Source of the DNA: an uncultured bacterium
GTDB lineage: Bacteria > Omnitrophota > Gorgyraeia > Duberdicusellales > CBEUCJ01
Assembly (NCBI GenBank): GCA_965541615.1
Contig: CBEUCJ010000004.1
Span: forward strand, 91,071-155,070
Length of the DNA: 64,000 nt
Reading direction: 5' to 3'
Numbering within the stretch: the first letter of the stretch is position 1; the number at the start of each line of letters is the position of its first letter. Both the position numbers and the translations under genes were made by a program. The notes beneath the pieces are model-generated. The model was not told the origin of the DNA, made no database searches, and saw nothing but the letters and a program-made list of their open reading frames with translations. This document shows, one piece after another, positions 1 to 12,721 of the stretch.

Positions 1-2675
1 TGACTTTAGAAGCTGCCAAAGTAGTCTTTAAAAGAATGTTTTTAGATGTAAGAAGATACGATTTAGGTAAAGTTGGAAGATACATAATAAATAGAAAACT
101 AAAATTAGACTTTCCTTTAAGACATAGAGTCTTAGACAAACAAACTGTAACTGAGACTGTAAAGTATTTAGTGAAGATAAAATACGGTGAGGAAAAAGTA
201 GATGACATCGATCACTTAGGAAATAGGAGAGTAAAGACTACCTGTGAATTGTTACAAAATCAAGTAAGAATAGCTTTAGCAAGATTAGAGAGAGTCATTA
301 GAGAAAGATTTGCTCTTTTACAGGGAATGGAAAATATTACTGTTCAACATTTAATAAATTCTAAAATATTTAACGCTCAGATGATGAGTTTCTTTGGAAC
401 CTCCCCTTTAAGTCAATTTTTAGATCAGACTAACCCTTTAGCAGAGTTGACTCATAAGAGAAGATTAACTGCCACAGGTCCAGGAGGTGTTTCGCGTGAG
501 AGAGCAGGTTTTGAAGTAAGAGATGTGCATCCATCTCATTATGGAAGAATTTGTCCTATTGAGACTCCTGAAGGTCAAAATATAGGTTTGATAACTTCTT
601 TGACCTGCTATGCTAAGATTGGAGATTTAGGATTTTTGCAGACTCCTTATAGAAAAGTAGAAGGAGGCAAGATTACAAAGAAGATAGAATACTTAACAGC
701 AGATGTAGAAGAAGAAAAGATGATAGCTCAGGCAAATGTTCCTATAGATGAAGAAGGAAGGATATTAAGTAGTCTGGTAACTTGCAGACATAAAGGAAAG
801 TTTCCTATGGTCCCTCCTGAAAAAGTAGAATATATAGATATTTCTCCCAAACAAGTAGTTTCAGTGTCAGCTTCTTTAATTCCTTTTTTAGAGCATGATG
901 ATGCAAATAGAGCTTTAATGGGTTCAAATATGCAGAGGCAAGCAGTCCCTTTATTAGTTACCGAAGCTCCTTTGGTAGCCACAGGTATGGAAGAAAAAGT
1001 AGCTAGAGATTCAGGTTATGTAGTAATAGCTCAAGAGGAAGGTATAGTAAAAGAAGTAGATTCCCAACACATAAAGATAGGAGAGTATGTGTATAAATTA
1101 AGAAAATTTGATAGATCTAATCAGAATACTCTTATAAATCAAAAGCCTTTAGTAAAAGTTGGAGATAAAGTAAAAAAGAAACAGATAATAGCTGATGGGA
1201 GTGCCAGTTGTGGAGGAGAGTTATCTTTGGGAAGAAATCTCTTAGTAGCTTTTATGCCTTGGAGAGGTTATAATTTTGAAGATGCTATTGTGATCTCTGA
1301 AAGGTTAGTAAAAGAAGATATTTTAACTTCTATTCACATAGAGAGATTTGAAATTGAAGCTAGAGAAACCAGATTAGGTAATGAGGAGATAACAAGAGAC
1401 ATTCCAGGTGTGAGAGAAGAAGCTTTGGAGAATTTAGATGAATCAGGTATTGTAAGAATAGGTGCTGAAGTTGGACCAGATGATATTTTAGTAGGAAAAG
1501 TCTCTCCTAAGACAGAAAAAGAGCTCTCTCCTGAAGATAGGTTATTAAGAGCAATTTTTAGAGAGAAAGCAGCTGACGTCAAAGACACCTCATTAAGAGT
1601 TCCTCCAGGAATTTGGGGAGTAGTAATAGATGTGGAGGTCTTTGAAAGAAAAGATACAAAGAAAAAGACAAGAAAAGAAAAGAGAGAAGAGACTAAAAAG
1701 CTTAAGGAGATAGAAGAATACTATTCTCAAGAGAGAAAAGTTTTAGAAGAAGAGATGTATAAGAAGATATCTGAGAGATTAAATAAAGATGTGAGTGTTG
1801 TGAAGAGAATGAAATTAGAAGATATAGAAGAAGTGCAAGATATTTTAACCTTATATGATGAGAGATTTCAAGAGTTAGAACAAGAAAAGAACTTAGAAAT
1901 AATGAAAGTAAAAAGAGGAGATGAACTTCCTACAGGTGTGTTAAAAAGAGTCGTAGTGTATGTAGCTATGAAGAGAAAGATTCAAGTAGGAGATAAATTA
2001 GCTGGTCGCCATGGTAACAAAGGAGTTATTGCTAAGATTCTACCAGAAGAAGATATGCCTTATTTAGAAGATGGTACCCCAGTAGATATTGTTCTAAATC
2101 CATTGGGAGTTCCTTCAAGGATGAATGTAGGTCAGTTGTTAGAGACCCATTTAGGATGGGCAGCTAAAAAATTAGGATTAAGATTTATTTGTCCTGTATT
2201 TGATGGTGCTAAAGAAGATAAGATAAAAGAATTATTAAAGAAAGCAGGCTTACCTGAAGATGGGAAGGTGGTTCTTTATGATGGTTATACAGGAGAACCT
2301 TTTAGCCAGAAAGTAACAGTAGGTTACATGTATATAATGAAACTAATCCACATGGTAGATGATAAGATTCATGCTCGTGCAATAGGTCCTTATTCCTTAA
2401 TTACTCAGCAACCTTTAGGTGGCAAAGCCCAATTTGGTGGACAGAGATTTGGTGAGATGGAAGTGTGGGCTTTAGAAGCTTACGGAGCAGCTTTCACTTT
2501 ACAAGAGATACTCACAGTTAAGTCTGATGATGTAGAAGGAAGAACTCGTATTTATGAAGCTATAGTTAAAGGCGAGCATAAACTACATCCAGGTACCCCT
2601 GAGTCTTTTAATGTATTGATGAGAGAATTACAAGGATTGTGTTTAGATGTAAGGTTAATAAAGGAGGAGAAATGA
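1..2675 (+). CDS. rpoB: DNA-directed RNA polymerase beta subunit, 5'-truncated by the window edge. The reading frame is open from nt 3; the first 879 aa ORF runs 36-2675.
   Basis: Translation carries conserved beta-subunit segments ([49 protein letters not shown]). It lies upstream of rpoC. Confidence 0.95.
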   Translation, partial: TLEAAKVVFKRMFLDVRRYDLGKVGRYIINRKLKLDFPLRHRVLDKQTVTETVKYLVKIKYGEEKVDDIDHLGNRRVKTTCELLQNQVRIALARLERVIRERFALLQGMENITVQHLINSKIFNAQMMSFFGTSPLSQFLDQTNPLAELTHKRRLTATGPGGVSRERAGFEVRDVHPSHYGRICPIETPEGQNIGLITSLTCYAKIGDLGFLQTPYRKVEGGKITKKIEYLTADVEEEKMIAQANVPIDEEGRILSSLVTCRHKGKFPMVPPEKVEYIDISPKQVVSVSASLIPFLEHDDANRALMGSNMQRQAVPLLVTEAPLVATGMEEKVARDSGYVVIAQEEGIVKEVDSQHIKIGEYVYKLRKFDRSNQNTLINQKPLVKVGDKVKKKQIIADGSASCGGELSLGRNLLVAFMPWRGYNFEDAIVISERLVKEDILTSIHIERFEIEARETRLGNEEITRDIPGVREEALENLDESGIVRIGAEVGPDDILVGKVSPKTEKELSPEDRLLRAIFREKAADVKDTSLRVPPGIWGVVIDVEVFERKDTKKKTRKEKREETKKLKEIEEYYSQERKVLEEEMYKKISERLNKDVSVVKRMKLEDIEEVQDILTLYDERFQELEQEKNLEIMKVKRGDELPTGVLKRVVVYVAMKRKIQVGDKLAGRHGNKGVIAKILPEEDMPYLEDGTPVDIVLNPLGVPSRMNVGQLLETHLGWAAKKLGLRFICPVFDGAKEDKIKELLKKAGLPEDGKVVLYDGYTGEPFSQKVTVGYMYIMKLIHMVDDKIHARAIGPYSLITQQPLGGKAQFGGQRFGEMEVWALEAYGAAFTLQEILTVKSDDVEGRTRIYEAIVKGEHKLHPGTPESFNVLMRELQGLCLDVRLIKEEK

Positions 2676-5600
2676 TAGACGAAATCGTATCTTTTGATAA
2701 AGTAGCAATAAAAATAGCTTCTCCTCAAATAATAAGATCTTGGTCTTATGGAGAAGTAAAGAAAGCTGAGACTTTAAATTACAGAACACTCAAACCTGAA
2801 AGAGATGGTCTATTTTGTGAAAGAATATTTGGTCCTACTAAAGATTGGGAATGTCATTGTGGTAGGTACAAAGGTATAAAATACAGAGGAATGAAATGCG
2901 ATAGGTGTGGTGTAGAGATAACCAAAAGCAGTGTAAGAAGAGAAAGAATGGGACATATTGAGTTAGCTGCTCCCTGCACTCACATTTGGTTCTTCAAAGC
3001 AGTTCCTTCAAGGTTAGCAGCTCTCTTAGATATGAATTTAAGAGATTTAGAAAAAGTTATCTATTATGAAGAGTACATAGTAATAGATCCTCAAAAGACA
3101 GATTTAAAGAAAAAGCAGCTATTAAATGATGAAAGATATTATGAGCTTCAGAAAAAATATAAGGGAGACTTTATTGCTAAAATGGGAGCTGAAGCTATAA
3201 GAGATCTTTTAAAAGAATTAGATTTGGAAAAGATGTGCTGGGAATTGAGAAAACAGGCAGAAGAAGCAAGAGGTACTCCTAATGAAAAAAGAATTATAAA
3301 GAGACTTAAAATTATAGATGACTTTAGAAGATCAGGAAATAAACCTGAATGGATGGTATTAGAAGTTTTACCAGTTGTACCTCCTGATTTGAGACCTTTG
3401 GTTCCTTTGGAAGGAGGAAGATTTGCATCTTCAGATTTAAATGATCTTTATAGAAGAGTGATAAACAGGAATAATAGATTAAAGAAATTGATGGCTTTAA
3501 ATGCACCAGAAATCATTATTAGAAATGAGAAGAGAATGCTTCAAGAAGCAGTAGATGCTCTGTTAGAGAATGGTAGACATGGAAGACCTGTTATGGGTCA
3601 TCAAAATAGACCTTTAAAATCTTTATCAGATATGCTTAAAGGAAAGCAAGGTAGATTCAGACAGAATTTATTAGGAAAACGTGTAGATTACTCTGGAAGG
3701 AGTGTGATCGTTGTAGGGCCTGAGCTAAAAATGCATGAATGTGGTTTACCAAAAGTAATGGCATTGGAATTATTTGAGCCATTTATAATAAAAAAACTGA
3801 AAGAGAAAGGGTTTGTCCATACCATAAAAGGTGCTCGCAGAATGGTTGAACGCGCAAGGATTGAAGTTTGGGATATTTTGCAAGATGTAATAAAAGACCA
3901 CCCAGTCCTTTTAAACAGAGCTCCTACTCTTCATAGATTGAGCATTCAGGCTTTTTATCCTAAGTTAATAGAAGGTAAAGCCATAAAACTCCATCCTTTG
4001 GTATGTACACCTTTTAATGCAGATTTTGATGGAGACCAGATGGCAGTACACGTTCCTTTATCTATTGAAGCTCAAATGGAAGCTAAATTAATAATGTTAT
4101 CTGTTAACAATATCTTTTCTCCTGCAGATGGAAGGGTAATAGTTTCACCTACACAAGATATGGTTTTAGGTTTAAGATATCTTTCTTTAGTTAAAGAAGG
4201 AGTAAAAGGAGAAGGTAGGATTTTTAAAGATCCAGAAGAGGTGATTACCTGTTATCAAGATTCTGAAATAGACCTTCATGCAAAGATAAAGGTAAGAGTT
4301 AAGAATGAAGATGGCAAACACGAGTTAATAGAGACCACACCTGGAAGGGTGATAATAAATTCAATCTTGCCAGAAGGTTTTAGATTCGTTAATGAAGTTT
4401 TAGATAAAAAGAAGATTCAAGAGATAATTAAAGAATGTTATAAAAAATTTGGACATCACAGGACTATAATTCTATTAGACGATTTAAAAGACTTAGGTTT
4501 TGAATATGCAACTTTAGCAGGAGTTACTCTTTCTGTAGAAGATTTAAAGATTCCTCAAGAGAAACAGACTTGTATAAAAGAAGCAGAAAAAGAAGTAAAG
4601 AAAGTGGAAGAGCAATATAAAAAAGGCTTAATAACTGATCGTGAGCGTCACAATAAGATAATAGATATCTGGACACATACCACAGATAGGGTAGAAGAAT
4701 TCGTATTTAAAAATTTAGATCCTTTTAATCCAGTCTTTATGATGACAGACTCAGGTGCACGCGGTTCAAAACTTCAAGTAAGACAACTTTGTGGAATGAG
4801 AGGTTTAATGGCTAAACCTTCAGGAGAGATAATAGAAGTTCCTATAACTTCAAATTTTAGAGAAGGATTAAGTGTTTTAGAATACTTTATCTCCACTCAT
4901 GGTGCTCGTAAAGGTTTGGCAGACACTGCTTTAAAAACTGCAGATGCAGGATATTTGACAAGAAGATTAGTAGATGTAGCTCAAGATGTAATAATTGTGG
5001 AAGAAGACTGTGGCACAGTAAATGGAATTACAGTTTCAGCTATTGTAGAAGGAGATGAAGTTATAGTTAGTTTGAAAGAGAGAATTACAGGTAGAGTAGC
5101 TTTAGATAATATTGTTGATGTTATTACAGATGAAGTTATTGTAAAGGCAGGAGAAGTGATCACTGAAGAAGCTGCTGAAAAGATAGAAAAGTTAGGGATT
5201 GAAAAAATAAGGATTAGAAGTTGTTTGACTTGTGAGTCTGAAAGAGGGGTTTGCGCTAAATGCTATGGAGTGAATTTAGCTACACATAGAATGGTAGAAG
5301 TAGGAGAAGCTGTAGGGATAATAGCTGCTCAAAGTATAGGAGAGCCAGGTACTCAACTTACCATGAGAACTTTTCATATAGGAGGAACAGCTTCCAGAGT
5401 AGCTGAAAAATCTTTTATTAAAGCAAAGAGCGATGGTATTTTAAAATTCCATAATTTAAGGACTGTACCTAAAAAAGGAGGATTAATCGTTTTAAATAGA
5501 AATGGTATGATCTCTATAAATGATGAGTTAGGAAGAGAATTAGAACGTCACCCAATTCCTCAGGGAGCTCAGATAAGCAAAAAAGAAGGAGAGAAAGTCA

Positions 5601-6685
5601 AGAAAGGTGAAATATTTGTTAGATGGGATCCTTATTCTACTCCTATAATTACAGAAGTAGAAGGAAGAGTAGCTTATGAAGATATTATAGAAGGTGTTAC
5701 TATTCAAGAGGAACTGAATTTATATACGAATATTACTGAACGTGTAGTTACAGAATTCAGAGGAGATTATCATCCTCAGATAGTAATTTTGGGCGATAAA
5801 GATGAAGTTTTAGGAATCTATCCTCTACCAGTTGGAGCTCATATTTTGGTAAAAGATGGTGAAAGAGTAGAAGCTGGCGATTACTTAGCAAAGATTCCAA
5901 GAGTAGTTGTAAAGACTCGTGATATTACAGGTGGTTTACCCAGAGTAGCTGAATTATTTGAAGCAAGAAAACCCAAAAACCCAGCAATAATTAGTGAGAT
6001 AGATGGATTTGTAGAATTTCAAGAAACAAAAAAAGGAGAAAGAAAAATAATTGTAAGGTCTCCTACAGGAATGAAATGTGAATATATTCTGCCTCCAGGC
6101 AAACACCCTGTAGTTTACAAAGGAGATTATGTAACTGCAGGTCAACAATTAACTGACGGTCCAGTTGTCCTTCAAGATATTTTAAGAGTTTGTGGAGATA
6201 AAGTTTTGCAAGAATATTTAATGAATGAAATTCAGCAAGTGTATAGATTACAAGGTGTAAGGATTCACGATAAACACATTGAGATAATAATTAGACAAAT
6301 GTTAAGGAAAGTTAAGATCACTGACCCAGGTGATACAGATTTTCTACCTGCTCAATTGGTAGATAAATGGACTTTTAGAAAAAAGAATGAAGAGGTAATC
6401 AAAAAAGGTAAGAAACCTGCTCAAGCTCAACCTGTGCTTTTAGGGATTACCAAAGCTGCTTTAACTACAGATAGCTTTATCTCTGCTGCAAGCTTTCAAG
6501 AGACTACAAGAGTCTTGACAGAAGCTGCAGCAGCAGGTAAAGTAGATAATTTATATGGACTTAAAGAAAATGTAATTGTAGGACATTTAATACCAGCAGG
6601 TACAGGTTTTAAAAACCATAGACAAATAGATATTGTAAGATATGCCGACGATTCAACAACTGATAAGAAAAAAGAGGAAGCCTAA
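2672..6685 (+). CDS. rpoC: DNA-directed RNA polymerase beta' subunit
   Basis: N-terminal Zn finger ([10 protein letters not shown]) and the NADFDGD catalytic motif. The ATG at 2672 follows an AGGAGG RBS and overlaps the rpoB stop (ATGA). The ORF-track start at 2639 is a GTG upstream. Confidence 0.95.
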   Translation: MIDEIVSFDKVAIKIASPQIIRSWSYGEVKKAETLNYRTLKPERDGLFCERIFGPTKDWECHCGRYKGIKYRGMKCDRCGVEITKSSVRRERMGHIELAAPCTHIWFFKAVPSRLAALLDMNLRDLEKVIYYEEYIVIDPQKTDLKKKQLLNDERYYELQKKYKGDFIAKMGAEAIRDLLKELDLEKMCWELRKQAEEARGTPNEKRIIKRLKIIDDFRRSGNKPEWMVLEVLPVVPPDLRPLVPLEGGRFASSDLNDLYRRVINRNNRLKKLMALNAPEIIIRNEKRMLQEAVDALLENGRHGRPVMGHQNRPLKSLSDMLKGKQGRFRQNLLGKRVDYSGRSVIVVGPELKMHECGLPKVMALELFEPFIIKKLKEKGFVHTIKGARRMVERARIEVWDILQDVIKDHPVLLNRAPTLHRLSIQAFYPKLIEGKAIKLHPLVCTPFNADFDGDQMAVHVPLSIEAQMEAKLIMLSVNNIFSPADGRVIVSPTQDMVLGLRYLSLVKEGVKGEGRIFKDPEEVITCYQDSEIDLHAKIKVRVKNEDGKHELIETTPGRVIINSILPEGFRFVNEVLDKKKIQEIIKECYKKFGHHRTIILLDDLKDLGFEYATLAGVTLSVEDLKIPQEKQTCIKEAEKEVKKVEEQYKKGLITDRERHNKIIDIWTHTTDRVEEFVFKNLDPFNPVFMMTDSGARGSKLQVRQLCGMRGLMAKPSGEIIEVPITSNFREGLSVLEYFISTHGARKGLADTALKTADAGYLTRRLVDVAQDVIIVEEDCGTVNGITVSAIVEGDEVIVSLKERITGRVALDNIVDVITDEVIVKAGEVITEEAAEKIEKLGIEKIRIRSCLTCESERGVCAKCYGVNLATHRMVEVGEAVGIIAAQSIGEPGTQLTMRTFHIGGTASRVAEKSFIKAKSDGILKFHNLRTVPKKGGLIVLNRNGMISINDELGRELERHPIPQGAQISKKEGEKVKKGEIFVRWDPYSTPIITEVEGRVAYEDIIEGVTIQEELNLYTNITERVVTEFRGDYHPQIVILGDKDEVLGIYPLPVGAHILVKDGERVEAGDYLAKIPRVVVKTRDITGGLPRVAELFEARKPKNPAIISEIDGFVEFQETKKGERKIIVRSPTGMKCEYILPPGKHPVVYKGDYVTAGQQLTDGPVVLQDILRVCGDKVLQEYLMNEIQQVYRLQGVRIHDKHIEIIIRQMLRKVKITDPGDTDFLPAQLVDKWTFRKKNEEVIKKGKKPAQAQPVLLGITKAALTTDSFISAASFQETTRVLTEAAAAGKVDNLYGLKENVIVGHLIPAGTGFKNHRQIDIVRYADDSTTDKKKEEA

Positions 6686-7013
6686 GAAAAGAAAGAGTAA
6701 GTCACCTGCTTTAGCAGGGTGTCCTCAGAGAAGAGGAGTCTGTGTGCAGGTGAGAACTATGACTCCTAAGAAGCCAAATTCTGCTTTAAGAAAAGTGGCC
6801 AGAGTCAGGTTAACTACAGGAGTAGAAGTTACAGCTTATATTCCTGGAGAAGGTCATAATTTACAAGAGCATTCTGTAGTTTTAGTAAGAGGAGGTAGAG
6901 TAAAAGATTTACCAGGAGTAAGATATCATATAGTTAGAGGAGCTTTAGATTGTGCAGGGGTGCAGAATAGAAAAAAATCGAGATCAAAATACGGAACAAA
7001 GAAACCTAAATAA
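6642..7013 (+). CDS. rpsL: 30S ribosomal protein S12
   Basis: [10 protein letters not shown]...[11 protein letters not shown]...[17 protein letters not shown] is canonical S12. The start overlaps the rpoC 3' end by 44 nt. Confidence 0.95.
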   Translation: MPTIQQLIRKKRKPKKRKSKSPALAGCPQRRGVCVQVRTMTPKKPNSALRKVARVRLTTGVEVTAYIPGEGHNLQEHSVVLVRGGRVKDLPGVRYHIVRGALDCAGVQNRKKSRSKYGTKKPK

Positions 7014-7020
7014 TTAAGTT

Positions 7021-7488
7021 ATGAGAAGAAGAAGAGCACCAAAAAGAGAAATTGAGCCTGATTTAGTATATAGAGACAAAGTAGTTGCCAAATTTATAAA
7101 CATTATCATGCAAAGAGGAAAGAAAACTATAGCCCAAAAGATAGTTTATGGAGCTTTTGATATTATAAGGGAAAAGATGAAAAAAGATCCTTTAGAAGTT
7201 TTTTACAAAGCTATAGAGAATGTTAGACCAAGATTAGAAGTAAGGCCAAGAAGGATAGGAGGAGCTACATATCAAATACCTATTGAAGTTCCAAAAGATA
7301 GAGGAATAGGAATAGCTTTAAGATGGCTTAGAGATGCAGCAAGAAGTAGAAAAGGAAAGCCTATGAAAGAAAAGTTAGCTGAAGAATTAATTTTAGCGTT
7401 TAAAAACCAAGGAACAGCAGTTAAAAAAAGAGATGATACGCACAGAATGGCAGAAGCAAACAAGGCTTTTGCACATTTTAGATGGTAA
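7021..7488 (+). CDS. rpsG: 30S ribosomal protein S7
   Basis: S7 signature (YQIPIEV...RW C-terminus) in str-operon position. Confidence 0.95.
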   Translation: MRRRRAPKREIEPDLVYRDKVVAKFINIIMQRGKKTIAQKIVYGAFDIIREKMKKDPLEVFYKAIENVRPRLEVRPRRIGGATYQIPIEVPKDRGIGIALRWLRDAARSRKGKPMKEKLAEELILAFKNQGTAVKKRDDTHRMAEANKAFAHFRW

Positions 7489-7507
7489 TAATTTAGATTT
7501 AAAAGAG

Positions 7508-9571
7508 ATGAATAAGTTAAGATTTTTAAGAAATATTGGTTTTGTTGCTCATATAGATGCAGGCAAAACCACAACTACTGAACGTATTTTATTTTATACA
7601 GGAAGGATTAAAAAATTAGGAGAAGTAGATGAAGGTACAGCTACGACTGACTGGATGCCTCAAGAGAAAGAGAGAGGTATCACGATAACCAGTGCTTGTA
7701 CGAGATGTTTTTGGAAAGAATATACTATTAACATAATCGATACTCCAGGTCATGTAGATTTCACAGTGGAAGTAGAGCGCGCTTTAAAAGTTTTAGATGG
7801 TGTAATAGTAATATTTTGTGGAGTAGGAGGAGTTGAACCTCAATCTGAAACTGTATGGAGACAAGCTGATAAATATCAGGTACCCAGAATCTGTTTTGTA
7901 AATAAGTTAGATAGAGTAGGAGCTGATTTCTTTAAGGTAATTGAGCAGATAAGAGAGAGGTTAGGTGTGAGATGTGCAGGTATCCAAATACCTATAGGAG
8001 AAGATGCTGATTTTAAAGGAGTAGTAGATTTAATTGAAATGAAAGCTTTTGTTTATGAAGAAAAAGATGAGTTAGGTTTAAATCCTATTCAGATAGAGAT
8101 TCCTAAAAGTTTATTAGAAAAAGCTGAATATTACAGAGAAGAGTTGTTAGAGACTTTATCTGAATGTGATGAGGAAGTTTTGGATTTTTATGTTCACAAT
8201 AAAGAGATCACTCCTAAATTTTTAAAATCTAAGATAAGGAAACTTGTGATTGAAAATAAATTTTTTCCAGTATTGTGTGGATCAGCATTAAGGAATAAAG
8301 GAATTCAAATGCTTTTAGATGCAATCTGTGAGTATCTTCCTTCGCCATTAGATTTACCACCTATGAAAGGTATAAATCTAAAAAAAGAAGAGTTTGAAGA
8401 AATTTTACCTGATTTGAAAGCTCCTCTTTGTGCATTTTGTTTTAAAGTATTTTCAGATCCTTTTGTAGGAAGGTTAAATTATGTAAGGATTTATTCAGGG
8501 AAAATAGAAAGAGGCAAAGATATTTACAATTCTTCCAAAAAAATTAAAGAAAGAGTAATTAAAATAGTAAGGATGCATGCTAACAAGCAAGAGATGATAG
8601 AAAAAGCAGGTGCTGGTGATATTGTAGCTTTAATAGGGTTAAAAGAAACTATGACAGGAGATACTCTTTGTGAAGAATCTTTTCCTATATTGTTAGAGTC
8701 TATAAAATTTCCAGAACCTGTAATCTCTATGTCTATAGAACCAGTATCAAAACATGATCAAGATAAGTTAAGTTTGGCTTTAAAAAAACTTACAGAAGAA
8801 GATCCTTCTTTTAAAGTAGAATATAATCCTGAAACGGGTCAAACTTTAATATATGGGATGGGTCAATTACATTTAGAAATATGTGTAGATAGGATGATAA
8901 GAGAATTTAATGTGAAAGCTAAATTAGGAAAGCCTCAAGTAGCTTACAGAGAGACTATTACAAAGAAGGTAAGTTCTGTAGGGAAATTTATTCATCAAAC
9001 AGGTGGAAGAGGACAATACGGTCACGTGGTCTTTGTTTTAGAACCTGCAGAAAGAGGACAAGGTCTAATATTTGAAGATAAGACAAAAGGGGGTATAATT
9101 CCTAAGGAATTTATTCCTTCAATAAAAGAAGGAGTCATGCAAGCTGCACGTACAGGAGTTGCTTTTGGATTTCCTGTTACAGATGTAAAAGTAAGTTTGG
9201 TGGATGGTTCTTGGCATGAAGTAGATTCTTCACCTTTTGCTTTTCAGATGGCAGCAGTACTTGGTTTCAAAGAAGGAGTAATGAAGGCAAATCCTATAAT
9301 TTTAGAACCTATAATGAATATGGAGATATTAGTTCCTGAGAATTTTTTGAGTAATGTGATAGCAGATTTAAATGCTAAGAGAGCTAAAATAGTTTCAATT
9401 TCTGAAAGGAGAAATGTAAAAGCAATAAGATGTTTTGTACCATTGGCAGAAATTTTTGATTATGCTAATATATTAAGGTCTATAACTCAAGGAAGAGGAG
9501 TTTATACGTGTGAGCCTGCATATTATGCTCCTCTTCCAGAGGAATTGAAGGCAAAAATTTTAGGGATTTAA
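7508..9571 (+). CDS. fusA: Elongation factor G
   Basis: GTPase motifs [20 protein letters not shown] and NKLD plus EF-G domains IV/V. The likely ATG at 7508 ([12 protein letters not shown]...) lies just after the rpsG stop; the ORF-track start 7433 overlaps rpsG. Confidence 0.93.
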   Translation: MNKLRFLRNIGFVAHIDAGKTTTTERILFYTGRIKKLGEVDEGTATTDWMPQEKERGITITSACTRCFWKEYTINIIDTPGHVDFTVEVERALKVLDGVIVIFCGVGGVEPQSETVWRQADKYQVPRICFVNKLDRVGADFFKVIEQIRERLGVRCAGIQIPIGEDADFKGVVDLIEMKAFVYEEKDELGLNPIQIEIPKSLLEKAEYYREELLETLSECDEEVLDFYVHNKEITPKFLKSKIRKLVIENKFFPVLCGSALRNKGIQMLLDAICEYLPSPLDLPPMKGINLKKEEFEEILPDLKAPLCAFCFKVFSDPFVGRLNYVRIYSGKIERGKDIYNSSKKIKERVIKIVRMHANKQEMIEKAGAGDIVALIGLKETMTGDTLCEESFPILLESIKFPEPVISMSIEPVSKHDQDKLSLALKKLTEEDPSFKVEYNPETGQTLIYGMGQLHLEICVDRMIREFNVKAKLGKPQVAYRETITKKVSSVGKFIHQTGGRGQYGHVVFVLEPAERGQGLIFEDKTKGGIIPKEFIPSIKEGVMQAARTGVAFGFPVTDVKVSLVDGSWHEVDSSPFAFQMAAVLGFKEGVMKANPIILEPIMNMEILVPENFLSNVIADLNAKRAKIVSISERRNVKAIRCFVPLAEIFDYANILRSITQGRGVYTCEPAYYAPLPEELKAKILGI

Positions 9572-9587
9572 AAGAGGGAGGTGTGAA

Positions 9588-10790
9588 ATGGGAAAGGAAA
9601 AATTTGTAAGAGCAAAACCACACGTAAATATTGGTACTATAGGGCACGTAGATCATGGAAAAACGACTTTAACTAGTGCTATAACAAAAATACTCTCTTT
9701 AAAAGGTTGGGCTCAGTATATGCCATATGAAGCTATCGATAAGGCTCCTGAGGAAAAAGAAAGAGGTTTAACTATTAATATAGCCCATATTGAATATGAG
9801 ACTGAAAAACGTCATTATGCTCATATTGATTGTCCAGGTCACGCAGATTACATTAAGAACATGATTACAGGAGCTGCTCAAATGGATGGTGCAATTTTAG
9901 TAGTATCAGCTGCTGATGGTCCAATGCCTCAAACTCGTGAACATATCCTCTTAGCAAGGCAAGTAAATGTTCCTGCAATAGTAGTATTTTTAAATAAGAC
10001 TGACCAAGTAGATGACCCTGAATTAATTGAATTAGTAGAATCTGAAGTTAGAGATCTGTTGTCTAAATATGAATTTCCAGGTGATAAAGTTCCTGTAATA
10101 AAAGGTTCAGCAATCAAAGCTTTAGAATGTGGTTGTGGAAAAGAAGATTGTCAAAACTGTGGTCCTATCTGGCAGTTATTGAAAGCAGTAGATGATTATA
10201 TTCCTGAACCTGTAAGAGAAATAGATAAACCCTTTTTATTAGCAATTGAAGATGTTTTTTCCATTACTGGAAGAGGAACAGTAGTCACAGGTCGTGTAGA
10301 GAGAGGTAAATTGAAGGTAGGAGATGAAGTAGAACTTGTAGGTTTAAATCCTGAAATTAAAAAGACAGTGGTTACAGGAATAGAGATGTTCAGAAAAATT
10401 TTAGATGAAGCTTTAGCAGGTGATAATGTAGGTTTACTTTTAAGAGGTATAGAAAAAGATGAAGTAGAACGCGGTATGGTTGTAGCTTTACCAGGTAGTA
10501 TTACTCCTCATACTAAATTTAAAGCTCAGGTATATGTTCTAAAGAAAGAAGAAGGTGGAAGACATACTCCATTTTTCTCAGGTTATAGACCTCAATTTTA
10601 TTTTAGAACTACAGATGTGACAGGGACTATTAAACTTCCTCAGGGAGTAGAAATGGTTATGCCAGGTGATAATATAGAATTAGAGGTTGAATTAATAAAA
10701 CCAGTAGCATTAGAACAAAATTTAAGATTTGCTATAAGAGAAGGTGGAAAGACAGTAGGAGCAGGAGTAGTTACACAGATCATAGAATAA
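9588..10790 (+). CDS. tuf: Elongation factor Tu, carrying a Cys4 insertion
   Basis: [23 protein letters not shown] and SAIKALE motifs; about 400 aa. It has an unusual [13 protein letters not shown] segment in domain 1. Confidence 0.95.
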   Translation: MGKEKFVRAKPHVNIGTIGHVDHGKTTLTSAITKILSLKGWAQYMPYEAIDKAPEEKERGLTINIAHIEYETEKRHYAHIDCPGHADYIKNMITGAAQMDGAILVVSAADGPMPQTREHILLARQVNVPAIVVFLNKTDQVDDPELIELVESEVRDLLSKYEFPGDKVPVIKGSAIKALECGCGKEDCQNCGPIWQLLKAVDDYIPEPVREIDKPFLLAIEDVFSITGRGTVVTGRVERGKLKVGDEVELVGLNPEIKKTVVTGIEMFRKILDEALAGDNVGLLLRGIEKDEVERGMVVALPGSITPHTKFKAQVYVLKKEEGGRHTPFFSGYRPQFYFRTTDVTGTIKLPQGVEMVMPGDNIELEVELIKPVALEQNLRFAIREGGKTVGAGVVTQIIE

Positions 10791-10856
10791 TTTAAACTAC
10801 TCCACAAAGAACTGAGTTTATGTAGATTTTAAAAAGAAAAGAGGGAAGTTTTTACT

Positions 10857-11165
10857 ATGCAAAAGATAAGGATTAAATTAAGAGCTTACGATCATAGGAT
10901 TTTAGATCAATCTGCACAAGAAATAGCTGATGTTGCCAGACGCACGGGAGCAAAAGTGAGAGGACCTTTACCTTTACCTACTAAGAAAAAGATATTTACA
11001 GTTTTGAGGTCTACCAATATAGATAAGACTTCTAGAGAACAATTTATGTTAGCTATTCATAAAAGGTTATTGGAACTAATAGATCCAACAGCCAAAACTA
11101 TAGATGCATTGAGAAAATTGAATTTACCAGCAGGTGTAGATGTAGAAATAAAACACGAGTTATGA
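10857..11165 (+). CDS. rpsJ: 30S ribosomal protein S10
   Basis: [19 protein letters not shown]... is canonical S10. Confidence 0.95.
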   Translation: MQKIRIKLRAYDHRILDQSAQEIADVARRTGAKVRGPLPLPTKKKIFTVLRSTNIDKTSREQFMLAIHKRLLELIDPTAKTIDALRKLNLPAGVDVEIKHEL

Positions 11166-11782
11166 TTACAGCATTGTTAGGAAAGAAAATTGGGATGTCT
11201 CAAATATTTAAAGAAGATAGTGTAATTCCTGTTACTCTTATAGAAGCAGGACCTTGTTACATTTTAGAAATAAAAGAAGTTAATGGAAAAAAGAAAGTGA
11301 CATTAGGATTTTTAGAAGTAAAAGAAAAGAAAGTAAAGAAACCTCAGTTAGGTTTTTTTAAAAAAATAGGCGTTAAACCTCTAAAATACATTAAAGAGTT
11401 TGATGTAGATTCTGTGGAAGGTTTAAAGATAGGTCAAAAAGTAGGTGTAGAGATTTTTAAAGATATAAAATACGTAGATGTTACAGGAAGATCTAAAGGA
11501 AGAGGTTTTAGTGGCGGTATGAAAAGATGGGGTTGGAGTGGAGGACCTGATTCTCATGGATCTACTTCTCACAGACGTATAGGTTCAGCAGGAGCTACTA
11601 CTGATCCTGGAAGAGTTTGGCCTGGTCATCATATGCCAGGAAGATATGGATTTGAGAAAGTTACAGTTCAGAATTTGGAGGTAGTGAGAATTGAACCAGA
11701 AGATAATCTTTTGTTTGTAAAAGGAGCTGTTCCTGGAGCAAGAAACACGCTTTTAATAATCAGGAAGGCAAAGAAAAAATGA
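11162..11782 (+). CDS. rplC: 50S ribosomal protein L3
   Basis: L3 signature; position after rpsJ. Confidence 0.93.
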   Translation: MITALLGKKIGMSQIFKEDSVIPVTLIEAGPCYILEIKEVNGKKKVTLGFLEVKEKKVKKPQLGFFKKIGVKPLKYIKEFDVDSVEGLKIGQKVGVEIFKDIKYVDVTGRSKGRGFSGGMKRWGWSGGPDSHGSTSHRRIGSAGATTDPGRVWPGHHMPGRYGFEKVTVQNLEVVRIEPEDNLLFVKGAVPGARNTLLIIRKAKKK

Positions 11783-12444
11783 AGAGTTTAGAAGTATATA
11801 ATTTGGAAGGAAAGGTTGTAGATAGAATAAATTTAGATCCTGAAATCTTTGATGGAAAAGTAAATCAAGCTCTTTTATGGGAATTAGTAAAAATGTATTT
11901 AGCTAATAAGAGACAAGGAACAGCCTCTACAAAGACAAGAGGAGAGAGAAGAGGAGGAGGTGCTAAACCCTGGCCTCAAAAAGGTACAGGGAGAGCAAGA
12001 GCAGGTTCAATTAGGTCACCTATATTCAGAAAAGGAGGAGTAGTTTTCGGACCAAAGCCTAGAAATTATCATTATAAAGTGCCTCAAAAGAAAAAAGCTT
12101 TAGGTTTAAAAAGTGCTCTTAATCAAAGAGTAAATGAAGCAAGATTAAAACTGATAGAAGTTTTAGAAGTCCAGGATCATAAAACAAAGAATTTTTATAA
12201 AATTTTAGAAAAATTAGGAATAAAAGAAAAATGTTTGATAATAGATACAGAATTTTCTGAGAATTTGAAATTAGCCTCTAGAAATATAGAATTTGTAGAA
12301 TTAGAAAGAGCACAAAATTTAAATGCTTATCAAGTTCTTAGTTTTAAAAGAATGTTAATTACAAAAAAGGCTTTAGTAGAGATTTGTGAGAGGATAAAAA
12401 GAGTTTTAAATAAGAATAAGATAAAAGTAAAAGTAGAAAAATGA
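11779..12444 (+). CDS. rplD: 50S ribosomal protein L4
   Basis: L4 family sequence; S10-operon order. Confidence 0.92.
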   Translation: MKSLEVYNLEGKVVDRINLDPEIFDGKVNQALLWELVKMYLANKRQGTASTKTRGERRGGGAKPWPQKGTGRARAGSIRSPIFRKGGVVFGPKPRNYHYKVPQKKKALGLKSALNQRVNEARLKLIEVLEVQDHKTKNFYKILEKLGIKEKCLIIDTEFSENLKLASRNIEFVELERAQNLNAYQVLSFKRMLITKKALVEICERIKRVLNKNKIKVKVEK

Positions 12445-12719
12445 AGTCTCCTTACGAAGTTATAATTTGTCCAATTTTGACAGAGAAAACTAAACTTCAA
12501 GAAAAGTATAGAAAATATACTTTTTTGGTAAATAAAGAGGCTAATAAAATAGAGATAAAGCAGGCTATAGAGAAGATTTACAACGTAAAGGTTAAAAAAG
12601 TTAACACTATAAATATAAAACCAAAACCAAAGAGATGGAGATTTAGAACAGGATTTACTCCTTCTAAGAAAAAAGCAATAGTTACTTTAAAGGAAGGGTA
12701 TAAAATAGAACTTAAATAA
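12441..12719 (+). CDS. rplW: 50S ribosomal protein L23
   Basis: Size of about 92 aa and position; L23-like sequence. Confidence 0.9.
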   Translation: MKSPYEVIICPILTEKTKLQEKYRKYTFLVNKEANKIEIKQAIEKIYNVKVKKVNTINIKPKPKRWRFRTGFTPSKKKAIVTLKEGYKIELK

Positions 12720-12721
12720 TC

